The notes under the pieces were generated by a model, which searched no databases, was not told the origin of the DNA, and saw only the letters and a program-made list of their open reading frames with translations. Below, in pieces: positions 24,170-35,592 of a stretch of 64,000 nucleotides of DNA (position 1 is its first letter; every line of letters begins with the position of its first letter). The stretch comes from Octopus sinensis (Eukaryota), in the NCBI RefSeq assembly GCF_006345805.1, contig NC_043010.1, forward strand, positions 38,564,001 to 38,628,000, read 5' to 3'. The position numbers and the translations under genes were made by a program.

Positions 24170-24370
24170 GTGACCGCGTGTGTACCGTTGGCGATTTTTT
24201 TCCTCCGTCTTCCCTTCTTTCGATCTTTCCTTTTCCTATGTTTCTGACGAAGAGCTCCGCTCGAAACGCTAAACCCTCCTTCTTTCCTGAGCGTCCAATA
24301 ATACTATACTTGTTCCACGTCCTCGCGTTGTTGTGTTTTCTCCTCGTGTTTCCATGTTTGGATTAACTAC
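24170..24370 (+). mobile_element. pLTR-like element with a HHR motif (one core substitution)
   Basis: gttt CTGACGA a gagc-tcc-gctc GAAA CG C T aaac at 24240-24274; U16.1 reads C. Ends in (TA)n. Confidence 0.65.
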
Positions 24371-24386
24371 ATATATATATATATAG

Positions 24387-24575
24387 GGATCTAATGCGCT
24401 TGGCTTAGATTTCCCTTGGGGGCTGCCCAGGTCGGAGCAATCTCAAGATTAATCAGCCGAAATCGCGAAGATGATCCGGTTCTTGACTGATGACTGAGGC
24501 TTCGAATGTCCCGTCCTGTGTTTCTTTTGTCGTCTCCTAGGTGTTTTACGTTTTGTCCCAATTTGTATATATTTT
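24387..24575 (+). repeat. (TA)n-embedded dispersed element homologous to the 706-bp satellite unit
   Basis: atctaatgc...gcttag...cttgggggctg...ggagcaa...cagccgaaat...gatgat...gactgatgactgaggcttcgaatg aligns by eye with the same stretch of each satellite unit. Confidence 0.75.
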
Positions 24576-24588
24576 ACTTTTTACATAT

Positions 24589-24630
<42 letters not shown>

Positions 24631-25556
24631 ATATATATTATATCATATATAATATATATATATATATATATAAACACAACTTTCAGGAACAATAATAGTT
24701 TATTGGCGCAGAAGGCTTTCCCATAGGTTTGTTGCAGGTTTTTCCCATATCGAAGTTAGTTCGATAATCTGAAAAAGTTTTTTTTTATTGTTTACTGTTA
24801 GCATCTAGTATTGCTATGAATGCGAATAAAAATCCAACTTCAGGGAATGGAGCAGGTAAAATTCAGGCTACATATGTTTCTTATCTAGCAAAACCTCGGA
24901 AATAATAATTACTCAATGAGGGGTGTTACACTAGCGACTCATCAGGTCGCAGATGCCTTAGTTAAATGGAGGTTAAATTGTCGGCAAGCGATTCCAAGTT
25001 AACACGCAGGAGATGTGATTTAAAATGACTGCATCGATTAGTATTTAACGTCTATGACTACTATATATATATATATATTGTATTTATATCTATTTATATT
25101 TATATCTATTTGTATTTATATCTATTTATATTTATTTATTATATCCTCTTGTAATGATTATGCCTATTGTATTGTATTACTCATTCATGTACGCTGTTTT
25201 GTTTAACCTTAATGTTCTTATGTAGTGGTTCAATAAAGTATGTGATTGTGTATTATCTGATAGTTGATTAATGATTTAGATGGATTTCTCCATTTTCTGA
25301 TTTTGTATATATATATATATATAATATAATATATATATATTATATATATATATGTGGTGGGTGTGTGTGTGTGTGTGAGAGTGGTGTGTGTTTATAAGTA
25401 TGTGTGTGTGTGTGATTAATCTATACATACATTATATATATATGCGCACACACCACATATGTGTTGTTTGTGTGTGTGTGGAAGTGTATGTGTGTATATG
25501 TGTTGTTTATATATGCATATATATATATGTATACACAATATATATCTATATATCTA

Positions 25557-25618
<62 letters not shown>

Positions 25619-25637
25619 CTCTCTCTATATATATTAT

Positions 25638-25779
<142 letters not shown>

Positions 25780-25831
25780 TATATATATATATATAATATA
25801 TATATATTATATATATACATAGACACATATA

Positions 25832-26690
25832 CAGGGCGTGGTGAAAAACTGTCGTCGTCTAAATTACACAAAAATTAAAATAACACTATCTCATTTTAAC
25901 AGATATATTTAAATTTACCAAAATTACATAAAAATATCTTGAAATACTAAAGAGTAAGTTTATTCAATAAAATCGCCATTGGCTTCAACTACGGCTTCCA
26001 GACAACTTTGGAATCTCCTGCAATTCTTCTGGACGATCTCCTTGTTTAAGTTGGTGAATGCTGCCATAATCCTTGTCTACAGTTCCTCTTAGGTGTTACA
26101 GGGAGTTTTGTTGGTCTCTCGCTCAACTGCACCTCACCCAAAATAATCAAGGGGGTTGCCGTCTGGGGAGGTAGGTGGGCAAATGTTAAGGGTGATGTGG
26201 TCGCAGAAATTGTCTGACAGCCGTCACTGGGTTCTCCTGCTTGTGTGGTATGATGCAGAGTCCTGTTGCCAGACGCTGTGTCTTCCAGCAGCCACCCTCT
26301 TGACCCAGGGCAGCATTACCTCTTCCAGACACTTGATGTAGGTCTCCGTGTCGAGTCTGAGAACGTGTGGGAAGATGAATGGGGCCATAACGTCGCCATC
26401 ACTAGTGATCACTCTAAACACCATGATGTTGACTGGATGTTTGATTTTTATCACTCTCGGTACATGTCCTCAGATTGATATCCAAACACTCTGAAATGTT
26501 TGTATTGGAGCTTCCTGCGCGAATGCCAAGAAGTGCAGCATGTCGTTTCCAAGTTTCTGGCAGAGTGAAATGCGTCCAACGACCCTCCTTCTTTGTTTTC
26601 ATTCGGTTTCCCTGTGTCTTCACTGTCCCGTTTTTGTTTCCAGCTTTGACCGTCCATAAATTCTAAATTTTATTTTGGTATTTATGGGAG
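25832..26690 (-). mobile_element. Internally deleted Tc1/mariner-superfamily maT (DD37D) transposon
   Basis: TA-CAGGGCGTG terminus. WQQD...(37 aa)...SPDGNPLDY. N-terminal LPETWKRHAALLGIRAG is joined to the catalytic domain across a deletion. Several stops; second TIR not seen. Confidence 0.8.
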
Positions 26691-26918
26691 CAACTGTCTA
26701 CGAAGACTCATATTGTCGTTGAATGCTCGAAATGAGGAGTAGATAGACAGCCGACAACTGATGAAGGGTCGTTCTTTGCGTTACTTGTCCTATTTTCCAT
26801 TCTTTTCTCTCGGTTGCGTATTTAACTCATTCGTTTTCGTATTCATGTTGTTTACTGTTGGTAACGTCTTATATCCATATATATATATATATATTATATA
26901 ATATATAGATATATATGC

Positions 26919-27020
<102 letters not shown>

Positions 27021-27445
27021 TTATTTATTTATTTATTTATCTATCTATCTATCTGTATATGTAAACAGCCAGACTATACAAAATGAAATAAGAAATACTA
27101 ATTTAGAAATATTTTAATTAAAAACACGTTTTCTGAAAAAATTGCTTCTGTATGAGTTTTTTAATGCAACTAAATCTGATATATTTTTTTGAAATAAAAC
27201 CTAAAATAGCAAATATTTAATTTTTCATTTGTTGCACTTAATTTGAATTTGCTAATAGGTAAAAATTAAAATTAGATTTGCACTTATTTTCTGATGCAAC
27301 GAAATTTAAACACATACATACAAACATATACAAACACAAACATTGATACACACACATATAAATGTATATGAGTATATATTTATATAGCATATGTATGCAT
27401 CTGTATGTGCATATACACACACACACGCACACACACACACGCACG

Positions 27446-27476
<31 letters not shown>

Positions 27477-27549
27477 GTATGTGTATATATATATATATGT
27501 ATATATATATGTATATGTATATATATATATGTATATATATATGTATATG

Positions 27550-27585
<36 letters not shown>

Positions 27586-27808
27586 TGTATGTATGTACAT
27601 TTATATTCATACGCACATATGTAGATGTACATACACACACATATGCAAGTGTGGCTGTGTGGTAAGGAGCTTATTTCACAACCGCAAGGTTCCGGGTTCA
27701 GTCCCATTGCGTGGCACCTTGGGCAAGTGTCTTCTATTATAGCCACGGGCTGACCATAGCTTTGTGAGTGGAAATAGTAGACGGAAACTGAAAGAAGCTC
27801 GTCGTGTA

Positions 27809-27891
<83 letters not shown>

Positions 27892-27895
27892 ATAT

Positions 27896-27954
<59 letters not shown>

Positions 27955-29143
27955 GGTGATTGAAAAGTAACTCCCTATTTTAAAATACTTACAATTTATT
28001 TATTAACTATAATTTTTAGAAAAAACGAATATGTAAAGAAAGTGTATTGCATGGAAATTTATTTAAAATTTGATTTAGGCACCAGCATTCACCACCAGCT
28101 TCTGAAGCTTCCAGAATGCGAACGATTCTACCAGCTCACCACCTCAAAAGCAGCAAGAACATATGAAATAGTAATGTTCATTTGCCAACAGAATGTGGCG
28201 GTCCTATAAAACAAAGGTTCTCAACCTATTTTGGCCAAAGGCTCCCATTTGACCTTTGGAGTTACAAATGCCACCCCCACCAGAAAATATTTCCTTTAAT
28301 CAATATTCTACTTATTGTGATATCAGCAGGTGATGGTTAAAAAAATAAAGGACGTCGTTTTACATATGTGAAAAGAGAAACGAAATGAATTGAAAGATTC
28401 GCAGTTTATTTCAACCATACGACACTTATGAAATCAACGTTTTGTCTATCGAAAGAGTGCTCTTTGGTACAAGAGAGCCCTTTGCTCCAAAACGCCCCCT
28501 TCGAGCTCAAAATGGTCACCGGATAGCCATATGGCCCCCGTTTAGAACCTTCACTATAAAGGACGATGTTAATGTAGTTTGAACTGCCACATTCTGTTGG
28601 CAAATAAACTTTACTATTCACTACTGTTACTGTATTTCTCCCGCTGAGAGATTTAAAACAAATATATTAAATACTTTTATAGAAAATATTTTCATTCTAA
28701 ATTTTCATCGTTCTCTTAAATTTAAATGTGTTTTTTTAATTAAAGGAAAAAGAAAAGAAGCATTGTGTGTTTGTTTTCGAAAGAAATATATTGTCAATAA
28801 ATATTTTTTATATGTTTTTGATCCAACTAAATTTGACTTTTATTTTTTTAAAACCAAAAATAGCAGACATTTAAGTTTTTCATTGTTACATTTAATTCTA
28901 ATTTGCAAATAGATAAAAACTTAGAATTTGGTTTGTACGTGTTTTCTGATTCAGCTAAAATATTAACTTTACTTTTCAATATATAAACATTTATATATTT
29001 TCAATGTTTTTTCCCTGAATTTTCAGTTAAAAATTAATAAAGAAAGTAATTATGCAGCAGAAAAAGACAAAATGTCTGCCTGTCATATGACAGAAACAGA
29101 TGAGAAATTATTTCTATGATACGCACGAAGCCACACATTTCTC

Positions 29144-29467
29144 GTGAAGGCACATGGCTTAGTGGTTAGGGGCATTTCGGCTTACGATCGTAACGTCGTG
29201 AGCTCAATTCCCGGTGACGTGTTATGTCCTTGAGCAAGACACTTTATTTCACGTTGCTCCAGTCCACTCAGCTGGCAAAAACGACTAGTATCTGTAATTC
29301 AAAGGGCTAGCCTTGACATACTCTGTGTCACGCTGAATCTCTATGAGAGCTACGTTAAGGGTACACGTGTCTGTGGAATGCTCAGCCACTTGCACGTTAA
29401 TTTCACGAATAAGCTGTTCCGTTGATCGTATCAGCTGGGCTACTCGTCGTCGTAACCGACGGAATAC
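29144..29467 (+). mobile_element. tRNA-derived SINE, head A + tail Y
   Basis: Full copy ending in the hairpin cgtcg-taac-cgacg. Confidence 0.85.
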
Positions 29468-29604
29468 TTCCTTTTAACATATTTCTCTCTCTCTCAGTAT
29501 ATATATATATTCTTTTACTCTTTTATTTTTTTACTTGTTTCAGTCATTTGACTGTGGCCATGCTGGAGCACCGCCTTTAATTAAATATCATCACTGGTGG
29601 GTAT

Positions 29605-29652
<48 letters not shown>

Positions 29653-29750
29653 TATATTATATATATATAAGAAGAAATAAGTATTCAGTAATCTGGATGG
29701 TTTATATTTACAGATTTTTATTAATATGTCACATGTTTTTATAAATCATA

Positions 29751-29790
29751 TATTAGCGCTTGCATCCACTCTAGTGGATTCTTCAGATTT
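29751..29790 (-). ncRNA. Decayed hammerhead-like motif (fourth family)
   Basis: aat CUGAAGA auccac-uaga-guggau GCAA GCGC UA aua: 6-bp stem II and palindromic AGCGCU, but A13 is C and stem I is weak. Confidence 0.45.
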
Positions 29791-30071
29791 CTGAGTACCT
29801 TATTTCTTCTTACATATAATGCCTTTACATCACCTCCAAACTTCTGATATATATATGAAAAATTGATATAGACAGTCGTGTGCAATGTGTTAACAAAAAG
29901 GAAAACTATAATTATCACTAAATACGACTAGGGTGTTAGAACACCTACATTGCTAGAAGAGCTAATAGCTCTATGTATACAATTATGTGCTTTAACTACA
30001 GCATCAGAACTTTTAAGCTCTTATTTTTAGCGATGCAGGTGCTTTATCATCCTAATCATATCTAATGACAG

Positions 30072-30149
<78 letters not shown>

Positions 30150-30420
30150 GCACACACACACATATATATATATACACACGCACACTCTTTTACTTGTTTC
30201 AGTCATTTGACTGCGGCCTTGCTGGAGCACCGCCTTTGGTCGAATTAATCGACTCCAGGACTTATTCTTCGTAAGCCTGGTATTTATTCCATCAGTCTCT
30301 TTTGCCGAACTGCTAAGTTACGGGGAGGTAAACTCATCAACATCGATTGTCAAGTGATGGTGGGAGGTGGGGACAAACACAGACACTTATTTATATGCAT
30401 ACATACATACATACATACAT

Positions 30421-30820
30421 AGGCGCAGGAGTGGCTGTGAGGTAAGTAGCTTGCTAACCAACCACATGGTTCCGGGTTCAGTCCCACTGCGTGGCATCTT
30501 GGACAAGTGTCTTCTGCTATAGCCTCGGGCCGACCAAAGCCTTGTGAGTGGATTTGGTAGACGGAAACTGAAAGAAGCCTGTCGTATATATGTATATATA
30601 TATGTGTGTGTGTGTATGTGTGTGTTTGTCCCCCTAGCATTGCTTGACAACCGATGCTGGTGTGTTTACGTCCCCGTCACTTAGCGGTTCGGCAAAAGAG
30701 ACCGATAGAATAAGTATTGGGCTTACAAAAGAATAAGTCCTGGGGTCGATTTGCTCGACTAAAAGGCGGTGCTCCAGCATGGCCGCAGTCAAATGACTGA
30801 AACAAGTAAAAGAGTAAAAG
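30421..30820 (+). mobile_element. SINE1 full copy, head to head with a minus-strand SINE1 3' half (30187-30390)
   Basis: Standard head, core and tail. Confidence 0.88.
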
Positions 30821-30827
30821 ACACACA

Positions 30828-30858
<31 letters not shown>

Positions 30859-31113
30859 TACACACACATTTTTGGTTGGTGCATAATTATTGTGGCTTTT
30901 TTCAATAAATTCTATTCAACAAAAAATTTAAACAAAACGCTAAGCAGAAATTGAAGCAGATTGTGAATATGCTCCGGAACAATAATTTAAAGATGTTTTT
31001 GTTAAATAGTTATTGTTTTTGTTGAATAAATTGATTGAAAGAAAAAGCTGCAATAATTATGCACCAACCTAATATATATATATATAATATATATAATTAT
31101 ATATATTATATAG

Positions 31114-31205
<92 letters not shown>

Positions 31206-31460
31206 TATAATGTTATATAATCTCTGACTTGTTTCAATCATTAGAATGTGGCCATGTTGGGGCACCGCCTTGAAATATTTAGTCCCGTGGTTCACAACTA
31301 GGGTCCATATGACCCTTTAGGGTCCTATGAGACTTTGTTGTTAAAATTTATGTTTAATAAATAGCTTATATTTCTGCAATAAACAAGATATTAAAATTTT
31401 TGTTATGCAATTCCTAATAATGTTTAATTATGAAAGATACAGTTGGATCTTTTTTTATAT

Positions 31461-32122
31461 AGGCGCAGGAGTGGCTGTGTGGTAAGTAGCTTGCTTACAC
31501 ATCACATGGTTCCGGGTTCAGTACCATCGCGTGGCGCCTTGGGCAAGTGTCTTCCACTATAGCCTCGGGCCGACCAAAGCCTTGTGATTGGGAGGTAAAC
31601 TCATCAACATCGATTGTCAAGTGATGGTGGGAGGTGGGGACAAACACAGACACTTATTTATATGCATACATACATACATACATACATACATAGGCGCAGG
31701 AGTGGCTGTGAGGTAAGTAGCTTGCTAACCAACCACATGGTTCCGGGTTCAGTCCCACTGCGTGGCATCTTGGACAAGTGTCTTCTGCTATAGCCTCGGG
31801 CCGACCAATGCCTTGTGATTGGATTTGGTAGACGGAAACTGAAAGAAGCTTGTCGTATATAAATATATATATATATATGTGTGTGTGTGCGTGCGTGTGT
31901 GTGTGTGTGTGTGTGTTTGTGTGTCTGTGTTTGTCTCCGCAACATCGCTTGACAACCGATGCTGGTTTGTTTGAGTTCCCGTAGCTTAGCGGTTCGGCAA
32001 AAGAGACCGATAGAGTAAGTACTAGGCTTGCAAGAAATACGTCCTGGGGTCGATTTGCCCCACTAAAGTCGGTGCTCCAGTATGGCCGCAGTAAATGACT
32101 GAAACAAATAAAAGAATAAAAG
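31461..32122 (+). mobile_element. SINE1 containing a templated copy of 30323-30538
   Basis: 31590-31810 is nearly identical to 30323-30538. Confidence 0.8.
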
Positions 32123-32885
32123 AAAATGCAGTGAATGGCTATGGAGGTCCAGTAAAACAGGAATCAAAGGGATCTATAGGGGCAAAAATAAAAGAAAAAA
32201 ATGGTCGAGAATCACAAATCGACTCATGGACGTCTGTTTTAAAGCCTGGTATTTATTCAATTTCTTTTGACGAACCTCCAGGTTACTGGGCCGTAAATAA
32301 CCAACACTGGTTGCCAGGTGTTGGTGAGGGACAGATACAAACACAAAGACACACACACACAGAACAGGCTTCTTTCAGCTTCCGTCTACCAAATCCGCTC
32401 ACAAGACTTTGGCAGGTCCGGGGTTATGTAGAAGAAACTTGCTCAAGGGGTCCACGCAATGGGACTGAATCCGGAACCATGTTCTTGGGAAGCAAACATC
32501 TTACCATACATCGTTACCACGCAACCGCTCTAGGAACGGTAAATCTCGAAGCAAATTAAGCTATAAATAGGAGTGTGTAAATTTTGGGCTGAAAAACTAT
32601 TTGAATAGAAAATGTTGAACGCTGCCATAGGACTCGAACCCGCATCTCCCGTGAACATGATAGGTGTTCCACCATAGAACCAAAACAACCCTGCCAATTT
32701 CTTCATCCATTTCAGCGTGAGTAGTATGTTGTTTACGTCATAAGAAATTAGAAAACGCGAAATAATTATATATCTTTTTAGGAACAATGCATCTAGAAGC
32801 AAATAAACTATAATAATAACACAAACACACAAATACATACATACATACATACATACATACATACATACATACATACATACATACA

Positions 32886-32919
<34 letters not shown>

Positions 32920-33068
32920 CGACGGCCTTTCAGTTTCTGTCTACCCTGAATCATAAGGTTGGGAAGTAAGCTTCTTACCACACAGCCGCTCCTGCTCTCT
33001 CTCTCACTCTCTTTCACTCACTCACTCACTCACTCACTCACTCACTCACTCACTCACTCACTCACTCA

Positions 33069-33113
<45 letters not shown>

Positions 33114-33269
33114 AGGACGCTGCTGGTAAGAAGTTAGCTTCCCAACCACATGGTTCTGGGTTCAGTCCCACTGCAGAGCATCTAGGGCTAGTGTCTTCTA
33201 CTATACTCTCGGGCTGACCAAAACCTTGTGGGCAGATTTGGTAGAGAGAAACTGAAAGAAGTACTTTGT

Positions 33270-33336
<67 letters not shown>

Positions 33337-33339
33337 CCT

Positions 33340-33711
33340 ATATATAGTTACATAGGAACACTCCGTCGGTTACGACGACTAGGGTCCCAGCTGATACGAT
33401 CAACGGAACAGCCTGCTCGTGAAATTAACGTGCAAATGATTGAGCACTCCACAGACACGCGTACCCCTAACGTAGTTCTCAGGGAGATTCAGCGTGACAC
33501 AGAGTGTGACAAGGCCGGCCCTTTGAAATACAGGTACAACTCATTTTTGCCAGCTGAGTGGACTGGAGCAACGTGAAATAAAGTGTCTTGCTCAAAGACA
33601 CAACGCGTCGCCGGGAATCGAACTCACGACCTTACAATCGTGAGTCGAATGCCCTAACCACTAAGCCACGCGCCTTCACCTACCTACCTACCTACCTACC
33701 TACCTACCTAC

Positions 33712-33806
<95 letters not shown>

Positions 33807-34185
33807 CCTATATATAGTTACATAGGAACACTCCGTCGGTTACGACGACTAGGGTCCCAGCTGATACGATCAACGGAACAGCCTGCTCGTGAAATTAACG
33901 TGCAAATGATTGAGCACTCCACAGACACGCGTACCCCTAACGTAGTTCTCAGGGAGATTCAGCGTGACACAGAGTGTGACAAGGCCGGCCCTTTGAAATA
34001 CAGGTACAACTCATTTTTGCCAGCTGAGTGGACTGGAGCAACGTGAAATAAAGTGTCTTGCTCAAAGACACAACGCGTCGCCGGGAATCGAACTCACGAC
34101 CTTACAATCGTGAGTCGAATGCCCTAACCACTAAGCCACGCGCCTTCACCTACCTACCTACCTACCTACCTACCTACCTACCTAC

Positions 34186-34240
<55 letters not shown>
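33340..34240 (-). repeat. Exact 470-bp tandem duplication of a head A + tail Y SINE bounded by (TACC)n(TATC)n
   Basis: cataggaaca at 33351 and 33821. The SINE bodies appear identical. Confidence 0.9.
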
Positions 34241-34242
<2 letters not shown>

Positions 34243-34485
34243 CAGCTATCTATCTGTTTGTCTATGTCCACAGAGTTGTTGAATGTAATTCTATATACAA
34301 ATGTGCGTCACTGGGTATTTGTAGGAGTAATGACAACATCAGAAAATTACCTTTCAACTGTTCGGGTTATTGACCGACAACTAAAATTATCTTATTACCC
34401 CTCTCTTAAAGGAAGCATTACATCTAATTATGCATACATAAATACATACATATATACATGTGTGCATGCATGTATATATATACAT

Positions 34486-34516
<31 letters not shown>

Positions 34517-34545
34517 CACACACACCACACACACACATACATATG

Positions 34546-34576
<31 letters not shown>

Positions 34577-35184
34577 ATATGTATGTGTCTGTGTGTGCGT
34601 GCGTGTACGTGCATGTGCGAGCGTATCACCTTACATAAAGACTATTAAATACTGCATCCTTGCTTCTTAGTAAATATTTACCTGTATAAAGGTCACACAC
34701 ACACTTACGCATACATACACACATATGTTTATATACAGACCCACGCGCAAACACCGATATGTATTGACTTACTTATGCATCTATATACACACGTTCACAC
34801 ATGAAAGAGTGAAGAAATGTAGTCAAATAGATGATGCGTTACTCAGTATTCCCAGAAATGTTAAAATTACCCAAATATTTATTGGAATGGTTAAGTTTAT
34901 TGACCAATAACGAACACTTTTCGACTCCGTTATGGTGACCGTACCTCGGTGTTCATTGTTGCACGTATGTATGTATGTATGTATGTATGTATGTATGTTT
35001 GTATGTATGTATGTATGTATGTATGTATGTATGTATGTATGTATGTATGTATGTTTGTATGTATGTATGTATGTATGTATGTATGTATGTATGTATGTAT
35101 GTATGTGTGCATGTATGTATGTATGTATGTATGTATGTATGTATGTATGTATGTATGTATGTATGTGTGCATGTATGTATGTAT

Positions 35185-35414
35185 AACTCTTTTATTCTTT
35201 CATTTGTTTCTGACATATGACCACGACCATTCTGGAGCACCGCAGGACTTATTCTTTGTAAGCCTAGTACTTATTCTATCGGTCTCTTTTGCCGAACCGC
35301 TAAGTTACGGGAACGTAAACACACCAGCATCGGTTGTCAAGCGATGGTGTGTGTGTGTGTGTGGGGGGGGGGGCAAACACAGACACACAAACATACACAC
35401 ATATATGCACACAT

Positions 35415-35460
<46 letters not shown>

Positions 35461-35592
35461 GGCTTTCTTTCAGTTTCCGTCTACCAAATCCACTCACAAG
35501 GATTTGCTCAGCCCGAGGCTATAGAAGACACTTAGCCAAGATGTCACGTAGTGGGACTGAACCCGGAACCATGTGGTTGATAAGCAAGCTAC
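35185..35592 (-). mobile_element. SINE1 lacking its first ~25 nt, abutting the 3' end of the Tx1 element
   Basis: The head begins at gtagcttgctta directly after the LINE's ttaaataaa end. Confidence 0.8.

Noticed and set aside
24935-24952. gcgac-tcatcag-gtcgc hairpin with CTGATGA on the minus strand
   Set aside because: The core sits in a hairpin loop with no GAAA or cleavage site nearby.
32625-32715. tRNA gene on the minus strand (also about 23905-23975)
   Set aside because: A B-box is present but the acceptor and anticodon stems do not pair. Treated as tRNA-derived SINE or pseudogene remnants.
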